This document shows, piece after piece, positions 44,309 through 52,659 of a stretch of DNA of 52,659 nucleotides. The position numbers were made by a program, and so were the translations under genes. Source of the DNA: Candidatus Chisholmbacteria bacterium RIFCSPLOWO2_01_FULL_49_14. GTDB lineage: Bacteria > Patescibacteriota > Microgenomatia > UBA1400 > Chisholmbacteraceae. The first letter of the stretch is position 1. Every line of letters starts with the position of its first letter. The notes under the pieces are model-generated. The model was given only the letters and a program-made list of their open reading frames with translations, was not told the DNA's origin and searched no databases. Location of the stretch: assembly GCA_001816915.1 (NCBI GenBank), contig MHCL01000026.1, positions 45,501-98,159 on the forward strand, written 5' to 3'.

Positions 44309-44647
44309 TCAGGACGAGCGCGCCACCGCAAGTTCAAAGACAAGCAGGAAGGCAAACAACAACACCGTATTTAAGAGATGTCCGAGTCCGAACAGGCGAA
44401 GATAGAGATAGACGACGATGCCCAATGCAAAAAGAAATCCGCGCCGAGTGTGTGAGAGGAGAAGCGAAGCGGTCAGAAAGAGAGAGAAAAAGAGCAGCAA
44501 AAAAAAGGGAATATACGATCCGGAAATGGGCACATCACGCACAATTTGAGGATCCACAAAAAATATCATGAAGAAAACCGTAGACCAGGCAACCAAGGAA
44601 AACAGCACCGTTGGAAGGAAATTCTTTCTGGATCGGATCGTCATCAT
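44309..44647 (-). CDS. Small hypothetical membrane protein (3 TM)
   Basis: Hydrophobic segments only; no family recognised. Confidence 0.35.
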   Translation of the reverse strand: MMTIRSRKNFLPTVLFSLVAWSTVFFMIFFVDPQIVRDVPISGSYIPFFLLLFFSLFLTASLLLSHTRRGFLFALGIVVYLYLRLFGLGHLLNTVLLFAFLLVFELAVARSS

Positions 44648-44736
44648 ATGCTATTCTACATGTTCTTTGACAGATAAGAGATAAACAGAAATAGACATCA
44701 ACAAGGGAACGTTCTAAAATATCCTGGGGAGGAGAT

Positions 44737-45774
44737 ATGCCGAGAGAAATATATCTGCTCGCAACAATCATCATTGTCGGGTTTGCCGCGACGGCTTGGT
44801 ACATCGTCAATCACATCGAACGCTTGAGAGAAAAGCAAGAGGATCCGACGCTTCTCGAATGGGCAAAGGCGACACAGAATGATATTCGGCAGCTGCAAAA
44901 AGTACTTTCAGAATCATTGCAGCGCTCCTCACAAAACCTTACCGATACGCTCTTGAAAAGCTCGCATTCATTAAATGAACGCCTTGATAAAGCGGCAGAA
45001 GTGATTGGCGAGTTAAAAAAGGAGGCTGGTCAATTTTCCGAGGTTTCTCATTCCATGCGCGATCTTCAGGCATTTCTGCAAAGTCCGAAGCTGCGCGGAA
45101 ATATCGGCGAACAGGTGCTGGCGGATCTCATCAGCCAGATCTTTCCCAAGAAATCCTTCCACTTGCAATATATGTTCAAATCGGGACAAAAGGTCGACGC
45201 CGCCATACGTACTGACGCCGGTATTCTGCCCATCGACTCAAAATTCCCGATGGAAAACTTCCAGAAACTGGTAAGCGGCGAGACCAAGGATGAGCGCGAC
45301 GCCGGCAAGAAAGAGTTTATCAAGGATGTGCGCCACCATATTGATGACATCGCGAAAAAGTATATCCTTCCGGAAGAAGGAACCATGGACTTTGCGTTGA
45401 TGTATGTTCCCAGTGAGCCAGTCTATTATGAGATTGTCAATGTCGTGGACTTGAGTGATTATGCCCGCCAAAAACGGGTCTATCCGGTGTCACCGACTAC
45501 TCTCTACGCACATCTGCAAATGATACTTTTATCATTTGAAGGAAAAAAAATTGAAAGCCGAGCCCGCGAAATCTTTTCCCTCCTGCGAAGCATTAAGAAA
45601 GATTACGAAAAAGTGGACAGCCACCTTTCGACGTTGGGTGGACATATCGCAAATGCCTACAACAAATTTTCAGAGGTAACACACAGCTTCACCCGCATGG
45701 GGCAAAAATTGACCTTAGAAGATAAGATGGAACCGATGGAAAAAGATGAGAATTCCAAAATATTGACACCCTGA
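44737..45774 (+). CDS. rmuC: DNA recombination protein RmuC
   Basis: N-terminal TM plus coiled coil, then RGNIGEQVLADLISQIFPK ... VDAAIRTDAGILPIDSKFP ... ALMYVPSEPVYYE. Confidence 0.8.
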   Translation: MPREIYLLATIIIVGFAATAWYIVNHIERLREKQEDPTLLEWAKATQNDIRQLQKVLSESLQRSSQNLTDTLLKSSHSLNERLDKAAEVIGELKKEAGQFSEVSHSMRDLQAFLQSPKLRGNIGEQVLADLISQIFPKKSFHLQYMFKSGQKVDAAIRTDAGILPIDSKFPMENFQKLVSGETKDERDAGKKEFIKDVRHHIDDIAKKYILPEEGTMDFALMYVPSEPVYYEIVNVVDLSDYARQKRVYPVSPTTLYAHLQMILLSFEGKKIESRAREIFSLLRSIKKDYEKVDSHLSTLGGHIANAYNKFSEVTHSFTRMGQKLTLEDKMEPMEKDENSKILTP

Positions 45775-45829
45775 AAGATATTCCCCGATTATTGAATATC
45801 GATGCAACTCAAGAGAGAATCGCTCCGAC

Positions 45830-48800
45830 ATGAAAGACGATCTGGTCCTGAATAAGAAACAAAAAGAAGCGGTGGAATTCCGCCAGGGACCATTGTTGAT
45901 CGTCGCCGGCGCCGGAACCGGAAAGACGACAGTCATCACGGAACGCATTAAATTCCTCATTCGCTCCGAAGCCGCGTCACCAGCACAGATATTGGCATTG
46001 ACCTTCACAGAGAAAGCAGCGCGTGAGATGGAAGAAAGGGTTGATATCGCCATGCCCTATGGATACACGCAAATGTGGATCTCAACCTTTCACGCATTCG
46101 GCACGCAAATTCTGCGCCGGGAAGCGTTGCATATTGGCCTCAATCCAAATTACAAGCTCATGACGGAGGCGGAGGCGATTCAAGTGATCCGTCGCAACCT
46201 TTTCCAATTCAAACTGAACTATTTCAGGCCGCTGGGGAACCCGACTAAATTTGTCGGCGGGCTACTCCAGCACTTCTCAAGGTTACAGGATGAGGATGTG
46301 GGTCCTTCCGAATATTTGAAGTTTGCGATGAGCTTGGGGAAGAAAGCAAACAAATCACGGGAGGAGAAGCTGGAAGTCGAAAAAACCTTAGAGCTTGCGC
46401 GAGCCTATCAACAATTCGGGGAGCTGAAAATCAAAGAGGGGTACATGGATTACGGCGACCTGATCGGTAACACCCTTTTGCTGTTTCGCAAACGCAAGAA
46501 CGTCCTGAAAACCTATCAAGAACAATTTAAATACATGCTGGTCGATGAATTCCAGGACACCAATTTTGCCCAATATGAGATGTTAAAACTTCTTGTTCCA
46601 CCCGGTAAACGGGCAAACTTGACCGTTGTCGGCGATGATTCACAGTGTTTGCCCCCCACCGCAATCATCGCAACCCCAGACGGAGGAAAAGCAATACAGG
46701 AAATAAACAGAAGAGATGAGGTAATCACCGCCATTGGGAAAGGCCACACTTCTGTCGCAAGGGTATCGCGAGTCTTTCGACGAAAAAGGAGAGCCCGGCT
46801 GCTTACGTTCAAAACCGAAGATGGAAAAAAAATCACGCTTACCGATAATCATAAGATGTTTTGTTTTCTCCCTGCGTACTACCCACTCACGGGCTGGCAC
46901 TTCGTCTACCTCATGCACCAGCAGGGAATCGGGTGGAGAATTGGCGTAACAAACAGCATCCCTCAGAGACTTCGACTCGAGACTCACGCCGACACAATTT
47001 TAGCGATAGGGTCATACAAGACAGATCAGGAAGCAAGATTCTTTGAGGCGTACTATGCTGCAAAATATGGTTTACCGACAGTCCCATTTACTGCTCGACC
47101 GAGACAAGCAATACGAGGAAAATGGTTAGCAAGATTATTTAGCGAAATTGATACAGAAGAAAACGCGCGCGTATTGGCGAAAGACTTGAATATCGAACTT
47201 GATTCCCCCCAATACTCGGTAGATGGCATTACCCGCGGAATCAGTCGTCGGGTAAAAGTCCATCTGTCGATGTGCCATAGGAACTACCGGAGTAAGTCGC
47301 ACAAAAAAGGCTTCGTCGGTAATCCGGGCATTTCACATCAGGTACACATTGAGACATCAAACACAAGGGTATTACGTATTCTGAAGAAGACTGGCTTCAA
47401 TCTTACGAAAGCGAAGAAAGGAAAACGATTCCGTTTTCAAACACCGGACCTGGAAAAAGCTTGGGAAGTTGCAACGGAACTCACGCGATTAACGGGTGGC
47501 ATCATGGACAAAAAATTCGTTGTCGGACGCTATAATTATCAGCATCTTCCGACCAGAATTGTACCGGCAAGCCACATTCTTCCTGGAATGTATCTTCCCA
47601 CACTGAAGGGAAAACAGATTGAATATAAAATGGTAGTTTCTCGGAAAGAGGAAGAAAGAACGATAGAAACGTACGATTTAGAAGTTAAAAAGACGTACAA
47701 CTTCATTGCAGACGGAATAGTCGTCCACAACTCAATCTATAAATTCAGAGGCGCCGCGGTATCAAACATCCTGCACTTCAGGGATGACTACAGGCAAGCA
47801 AAAACAGTGGTACTCACCGAGAACTACCGATCGACGCAAAGCATCCTCGATCCCGCATACCGCTTAATTAACCACAACAATCCGGACACGTTGGAGGTAA
47901 AGTTGGGTATGAAAAAAAACTTGGTAAGCAGACGCGATCCCCATGGAGGAAAACCGGTCAAATTCATCCACACCGATCGAGTGGAAAATGAGGCTGATAC
48001 GGTCACTAAAAACATCATGGAGCATATAAAAGGAGAGGAATATGAATATAAGGATATTGCAATCCTGGTACGCGCCAATAATCATGCCCAATCGTTCATG
48101 CGGGCTTTGTCAAGGCATGGAATACCATATCAGTTTTTAGGACCGGGCAGGCTTTTCAAACAACCGGAGATCATTGACCTCATTTCATACCTCAAAGTCC
48201 TCTACGATTTTGAAGACTCAATTGCCCTCTATCGGCTGTTATCCATCGAGCAGTTTGAAATTCCTGTCAAAGAACTCATCAAGGTGAACAATCTTGCCAG
48301 AAGAAAGAATCTCACACTCTACGAAGCATGCGAAAATCTGAAGGATATCTCCATTTCACAAACAGCACGCAAGAAAGTCAGGCAAATCTTGGAAATCATC
48401 GAAAAGCAACTGAAGCGTACGAGAAACGAAACGGCAGGCCAGCTCCTGTTCGATTTTCTCCAAGAATCAGGGTTGTTAACGAAGCTTTTAAACCCGAAAA
48501 ACGTGGAAGCAGAAAAAAAGGCTGCCAATATCTCAAAATTATTCGACAGGCTTAAGAGCTTTGAAGCGGGTCATGAAGACGCCACCGTTTCGGCAGTTGT
48601 CGATTGGATTGAGCTGGCAAGTGAATTGGGAGAGTCTCCGCTTGCCGCGGACACGGACTGGACAAAGGTGAACGCCGTCAATCTCTTGACGGTGCATTCG
48701 GCAAAGGGGCTGGAATTTCCCATCGTCTACCTCACAAACCTGGTCTCCCAGCGCTTTCCGACCATTGAACGCAGAGAACAGATACCGATTCCCGAGGCAC

Positions 48801-49834
48801 TGATTAAAGAAGAACTTCCTTCAGGGGATTATCACCTTCAGGAAGAACGCCGTCTCTTCTATGTCGGGATGACCAGAGCCAGAGACAGCCTCGTGCTGAG
48901 TGCGGCAGATTACTACGGTGACGGCAAGCGTGGGAAAATAATTTCCCCATTCGTCTTTGAGGCACTCGGAGACAGAGTGCTCTCGGCAGAACGAGAAGAG
49001 GATGGCAACCAACTCACATTTTTGGATTACTCATCATCCGAGCCTGCAGCCGTAAACCATGAACCTTCAAGGCTGCACGTCGATTATCTCTCCTACTCTC
49101 AGATTGAGACGTTTAGATTCTGCCCGTTGCACTATAAACTGAAATACCTGTTGAAACTTCCTTCTCCCCCATCGGGCGCTTTGAGTTTCGGCACATCATT
49201 GCACGCCGCGCTCAAAGAGATCTATTCTGCCGTCATACGGAGCGAGAAAGTGAGTTCCAAATACGCAATTGAGTCCTTGAAAAAGAATTGGATATCGGAA
49301 GGCTACAGCGGGAAGAAACACGAGCATCGGATGTTTGAGAAAGGAGAAAAGTATCTGACGAATGTGCTCAAAGAAGAAGCAAAATCAAAGAAAAAACCGG
49401 TAGCACTGGAACAGCAATTCATCGTTCCGCTGACGACTGACAGGGGGAAACATCCGTTCTTAAAGATCGGAGGAAAAATTGACCGGGTTGACGAAATTGA
49501 CGGAGGGGGAATTGAGATCATAGATTACAAAACAGGGGAAAATCCTCCTACGCAGCGTCAGGTTGATCATGATTTGCAGTTAACTTTTTACGCGCTTGCA
49601 GCAGTAAATATCAGAGAATTCCCCTTTGGAAGAAAAGCGGATGATATTAGCCTCACCCTCCATTATTTATATGGGAACAGGAGAATGACGACAACAAGAA
49701 GTTTGCAAGAACTCGAAAAAGCGAAGGAAGATATATTTTCTTGGCGGGAGAAGATTGAAGCTTCAGACTTTTCCTGCTCCAAACAGCCACTCTGCGAGAA
49801 ATGCGAATACGCGTTTCTCTGCCGAGCAGAATAA
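45830..49834 (+). CDS. UvrD/PcrA-type SF1 helicase fused to a C-terminal Cas4/AddB-like PD-(D/E)XK nuclease with a 4-Cys cluster; interrupted by an intein
   Basis: Helicase motifs: I AGAGTGKT, Ia LALTFTEKAAREM, II DEFQDTN, III VVGDDSQ/SIYKFRGA (split), V/VI TVHSAKGLEFP, LFYVGMTRAR. Nuclease: FCPLHYKLKY ... IDRVDE ... IEIIDYKTG ... QLTFYA ... CSKQPLCEKCEYAFLC. Confidence 0.9.
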   Translation: MKDDLVLNKKQKEAVEFRQGPLLIVAGAGTGKTTVITERIKFLIRSEAASPAQILALTFTEKAAREMEERVDIAMPYGYTQMWISTFHAFGTQILRREALHIGLNPNYKLMTEAEAIQVIRRNLFQFKLNYFRPLGNPTKFVGGLLQHFSRLQDEDVGPSEYLKFAMSLGKKANKSREEKLEVEKTLELARAYQQFGELKIKEGYMDYGDLIGNTLLLFRKRKNVLKTYQEQFKYMLVDEFQDTNFAQYEMLKLLVPPGKRANLTVVGDDSQCLPPTAIIATPDGGKAIQEINRRDEVITAIGKGHTSVARVSRVFRRKRRARLLTFKTEDGKKITLTDNHKMFCFLPAYYPLTGWHFVYLMHQQGIGWRIGVTNSIPQRLRLETHADTILAIGSYKTDQEARFFEAYYAAKYGLPTVPFTARPRQAIRGKWLARLFSEIDTEENARVLAKDLNIELDSPQYSVDGITRGISRRVKVHLSMCHRNYRSKSHKKGFVGNPGISHQVHIETSNTRVLRILKKTGFNLTKAKKGKRFRFQTPDLEKAWEVATELTRLTGGIMDKKFVVGRYNYQHLPTRIVPASHILPGMYLPTLKGKQIEYKMVVSRKEEERTIETYDLEVKKTYNFIADGIVVHNSIYKFRGAAVSNILHFRDDYRQAKTVVLTENYRSTQSILDPAYRLINHNNPDTLEVKLGMKKNLVSRRDPHGGKPVKFIHTDRVENEADTVTKNIMEHIKGEEYEYKDIAILVRANNHAQSFMRALSRHGIPYQFLGPGRLFKQPEIIDLISYLKVLYDFEDSIALYRLLSIEQFEIPVKELIKVNNLARRKNLTLYEACENLKDISISQTARKKVRQILEIIEKQLKRTRNETAGQLLFDFLQESGLLTKLLNPKNVEAEKKAANISKLFDRLKSFEAGHEDATVSAVVDWIELASELGESPLAADTDWTKVNAVNLLTVHSAKGLEFPIVYLTNLVSQRFPTIERREQIPIPEALIKEELPSGDYHLQEERRLFYVGMTRARDSLVLSAADYYGDGKRGKIISPFVFEALGDRVLSAEREEDGNQLTFLDYSSSEPAAVNHEPSRLHVDYLSYSQIETFRFCPLHYKLKYLLKLPSPPSGALSFGTSLHAALKEIYSAVIRSEKVSSKYAIESLKKNWISEGYSGKKHEHRMFEKGEKYLTNVLKEEAKSKKKPVALEQQFIVPLTTDRGKHPFLKIGGKIDRVDEIDGGGIEIIDYKTGENPPTQRQVDHDLQLTFYALAAVNIREFPFGRKADDISLTLHYLYGNRRMTTTRSLQELEKAKEDIFSWREKIEASDFSCSKQPLCEKCEYAFLCRAE
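46646..47731 (+). mobile_element. Intein (362 codons) inserted in helicase motif III
   Basis: The N-extein ends VVGDDSQ. The intein starts CLPPTAIIATPDG (block A). Block B is ITLTDNHKMF (T-x-x-H). The C-terminus is TYDLEVKKTYNFIADGIVVHN, followed by +1 Ser (SIYKFRGA). Confidence 0.88.
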
Positions 49835-49850
49835 TGAAAAGCCCGAAAGA

Positions 49851-50786
49851 CTACAGACCGAAAGTGGAGAGAAAAGAAAACGGAATAAATGTTCGAACAA
49901 ACGGTCCGGGATAGGTAATTTCCTCTCCCCCGAACTTCCTTTTAAAGGAAGAAAATCCACGCCACCGCTTCAAATGAGGAAAGCGGGGATCATAGACACC
50001 TTCCAGATCAAAGAGACGACAGCCTCTCCGCTTCGCCTCCCGCATTGCCTCCCACACGGTAAGGTAGCCGGAAAATTGCGATCTGCCTTGAGAAGATGTG
50101 ACAGCATGACAATAATAGGCGCAGCCCCGCGAAACCAAAATCACGCATCCGGAAAGAAGGTGACCACCACCGGATAAGCTCTCAACCAGATAGGCATCCT
50201 TTGCGAAGGAGCGAAGCAGGGAAACGAAATCGGTAAGCGGAAGGATATATCCCCTTCCGTTGTGTCTCCAAAATGAATGGAAACGTTCGATCGACTGTTG
50301 GTCAATACTTCGAAGAATGTTGGCCGCACTCTTCAATCGAGCTTTCGTGATGCTCCTGCGGGCATCTTTCTTCATGTCGGCAAAAAGATCTGCATAACTC
50401 TTCGTCAAATTGATAACAAGAGTTTTTGGCGGCAGCATCGGCCAACGGGATTTTCGGTAGCCGTGCGTACTCATCAGCTGTTCGATATCGGATTCCGATA
50501 TTTGAGTCACCTTTCCGGGTTCCAAGCTTATGGAGATAACGTGATGGATGCGGGCGAGTCGTTCAATCGCTTTAAAATCTGGAAGTCGGGAAAACCGCTG
50601 GATCTTCATGATGGCAAATGGCAACCACCCAAGCCGGCGGATATAAGTAAAAAGCCGTGTTGGTTGAATGCCTCCGCTTCCGGATAAAGCGGAATGAGTG
50701 CGGCGGACCGTTGGAACGGACTCAACCACCCAACCACGAGAACGCATATAATCCGCATAGTGAGGGCTTTGTCGAAGATCAATCAT
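49851..50786 (-). CDS. FemAB-family peptidoglycan bridge-formation (aminoacyl-tRNA-dependent) transferase-like protein
   Basis: MIDLRQSPHYADYMRSRGWVVE ... AYYCHAVTSSQGRSQFSGYLTVWEAMREAKRRGCRLFDLEG. A start at 50786 gives an ATGA overlap with the upstream paralogue's stop. Confidence 0.65.
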   Translation of the reverse strand: MIDLRQSPHYADYMRSRGWVVESVPTVRRTHSALSGSGGIQPTRLFTYIRRLGWLPFAIMKIQRFSRLPDFKAIERLARIHHVISISLEPGKVTQISESDIEQLMSTHGYRKSRWPMLPPKTLVINLTKSYADLFADMKKDARRSITKARLKSAANILRSIDQQSIERFHSFWRHNGRGYILPLTDFVSLLRSFAKDAYLVESLSGGGHLLSGCVILVSRGCAYYCHAVTSSQGRSQFSGYLTVWEAMREAKRRGCRLFDLEGVYDPRFPHLKRWRGFSSFKRKFGGEEITYPGPFVRTFIPFSFLSTFGL

Positions 50787-51811
50787 CTCAGGCGCGCCCA
50801 AAAACGCAACAGCTTCCAGCGCAGATCATCTGCAAAGCAAACCAGTGAATAGAGTTGCGGGAAGAGCACAAGATCATATGTTCCGACGAATTCTATCAAG
50901 TTTCCGCCATAACCTTCTTTAAAACGGTGGAATCCGAACCAGGGATCTTTCGGATCAGGTTGGGGTCCCAGCGCCCCCCACAAATCAAATGTTTGACAAG
51001 TCATCCGCTTTCCGAAGCGCATTGCTTCCCACATCATGAGATTACTTGCCATGAGATTGCGATGCTCGTTGGAGGAAGCCCCGTACGGATAATAAAGGAC
51101 ACCGTTAAAGACAAAGAGGATCCATGCGACAAGGATGTTATCGTTCCAAGTGGCGGTGAGGAGATGCGCGATTCCGGACGGTTGAAGTTCTTCCCACATC
51201 TGACGATGATACGTTTCATCGTGGGCATAGAAGCCTTGACGCTTTGCAGTTTCAAAGGTTAATCGCAGATAGGTTTCAAAAGCCTGTTGGTCATTGTCTT
51301 CTAAAACACGAACTCCCCGTCGTTGTGCAAGCCCGATGTTATAGCGCGTCTTTGCTTTCATTCTTTCCAAAAGCTCTTCTTCGCTCGGTAAAAGATCAAT
51401 GGTGAAGCTATGCGGCGTGAAGACATTCTTTCCCTGTCGCAAATCATAATCTTTTGCGAGTTTGTCTATTGCGGGTTGTCCTGTCCCTTTCTCAATATTT
51501 GGCTCAAGTTTAATAAAAATCGCTTTGCGCTCATTCCCCACTTTGCTGATCGCGTCGATCATGCGTTTATCGGGCAATGGCCCTTTGGGAAAATATCCGA
51601 TCGAGTAGGAGGTTCTCGGAATCGGGTGAAAGGAAAGTTGATAAGCGGCCTGCATCCGGCTGCCTTCTAAGACGCCGATACGCACGACCTCAACGCCGGT
51701 TTTTCTCTTAAACTCTCCCCACTCCCAGCTTTGCACGGGATGGGAAACGAGGGCATTATAAGCGGCTTTTTCATCAAGCCGAACATCACGAACGATCATA
51801 GACAAGGACAT
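50783..51811 (-). CDS. FemAB-family peptidoglycan bridge-formation transferase-like protein
   Basis: HPVQSWEWGEFKRKTG ... KTRYNIGLAQRRGV ... LYYPYGASSNEHRNLMASNLMMWEAMRFGKRMTCQTFDLWG. Confidence 0.75.
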   Translation of the reverse strand: MSLSMIVRDVRLDEKAAYNALVSHPVQSWEWGEFKRKTGVEVVRIGVLEGSRMQAAYQLSFHPIPRTSYSIGYFPKGPLPDKRMIDAISKVGNERKAIFIKLEPNIEKGTGQPAIDKLAKDYDLRQGKNVFTPHSFTIDLLPSEEELLERMKAKTRYNIGLAQRRGVRVLEDNDQQAFETYLRLTFETAKRQGFYAHDETYHRQMWEELQPSGIAHLLTATWNDNILVAWILFVFNGVLYYPYGASSNEHRNLMASNLMMWEAMRFGKRMTCQTFDLWGALGPQPDPKDPWFGFHRFKEGYGGNLIEFVGTYDLVLFPQLYSLVCFADDLRWKLLRFWARLR

Positions 51812-51844
51812 TATACCTGCTGCGAAGGAAAACAGAAGAAAGAT

Positions 51845-52573
51845 TCATTGAGCGGCTTTGTCCACAAGCAGATACACGTCAACGTAGTGTGCCGTCCACT
51901 GTCCGTTGAGAGAATCGTACCCCAGATCAACACGGTTGCCTTTTATTGAACCACCCACATCTCCGGCGACGGCGATACCGCATCCGGGAATATAAACGCG
52001 TGAGTGCAGTGGAATAACCGTTGGATCAACCGCGATCACTCCGTACCCCTGCTTCATGCCCGTGGCTGTGGTTTCATTGCATCCGGCACAGGTGGAATCA
52101 TAGCTCGTCGCCCACACTTGAGGAAGTTGCTTCCAATAGGTGATGGTTCCCGAATCCGTAAGCATGGTTCGTTCAATGATTTTAGTGCCTCGCGAAATGA
52201 CCTCTTCGACCGGCTCTTGAATGGTATGTTTTTGGCTGCTTCTCGTATATTCATCATTGTCGTAATAGAGGATGGTTGTATGTATTTCCTTTTTCCCGTA
52301 GCGGCCCTTATGTAAGACAGTCTCAGTACCAATTTCTGAATCTGGATCATCGACATATCGTGTGGAATACGGGATGGACTCCGCACGAGTCTGTTGTTCC
52401 TCACGGAACCGCGATTGAGTGAGGAAGATATCGGATGGAGAACGGAGAAGAGAAGAAACATCAGCAGAAGCGTCATCAGCTGAGACATTTGCAGAGAGAA
52501 GGAGGCAGACTGCGATAGCACCAAGGATGCACAGCGAGGCAAGGTGCCTCTCAAAAGACCGCATGTACTGCAT
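51845..52573 (-). CDS. Secreted G5-domain / 3D-domain cell-wall protein (YabE/RpfB-like C-terminus)
   Basis: Signal-like N-terminus, G5-like IPYSTRYVDDPDSEIGTETVLHKGRYGKKE, and 3D domain ATGMKQGYGVIAVDPTVIPLHSRVYIPGCGIAVAGDVGGSIKGNRVDLGY. Confidence 0.7.
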   Translation of the reverse strand: MQYMRSFERHLASLCILGAIAVCLLLSANVSADDASADVSSLLRSPSDIFLTQSRFREEQQTRAESIPYSTRYVDDPDSEIGTETVLHKGRYGKKEIHTTILYYDNDEYTRSSQKHTIQEPVEEVISRGTKIIERTMLTDSGTITYWKQLPQVWATSYDSTCAGCNETTATGMKQGYGVIAVDPTVIPLHSRVYIPGCGIAVAGDVGGSIKGNRVDLGYDSLNGQWTAHYVDVYLLVDKAAQ

Positions 52574-52659
52574 TCTACCAGAGAACTGAATTCTAATCTG
52601 AATCCGAACACTTTGGTAATTTAAGGTAATTTAATTCTTTTAGCATCGCCTCACTAGCA

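Overview
This 52.7-kb chromosomal segment starts inside dnaA and runs through the rpmH-rnpA-yidD-yidC-jag cluster, so it lies next to the replication-origin neighbourhood.

The gene content suggests a small-genome Patescibacteria/CPR-like bacterium using the standard code; this is inference only. The evidence is compact housekeeping genes (valS, tsaD, groESL, pyrH, pgk-gap, metG, rmuC), a giant DUF4012 envelope protein, VanW, M23, G5/3D and a FemAB pair. There is also a UbiA/GT4/GT-C/GT2 envelope-glycan block and no respiratory genes.

I support:
- about 50 protein genes and one tRNA (Cys-GCA)
- one IS481-like element with an interrupted transposase
- one frameshifted deaminase
- one RHH-PIN toxin-antitoxin pair
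- two free-standing LAGLIDADG endonucleases
- a 362-codon intein splitting helicase motif III of a UvrD/PcrA-type helicase-nuclease

The most unusual signal is a family of AT-rich repeats with a strict 7-nt phase. They fill several intergenic spacers, directly abutting the start codons of both YidC paralogues and a GT-C glycosyltransferase. They also form an inverted double array at 20844-20974, and they sit in frame inside two universally essential genes (valS twice, tsaD three times). Because 7 and 3 are coprime, they are translated there as 7-residue peptide repeats.

I saw no rRNA, no CRISPR array and no recognisable defence operon. All protein-family calls come from motif recognition by eye and need HMM or BLAST confirmation.
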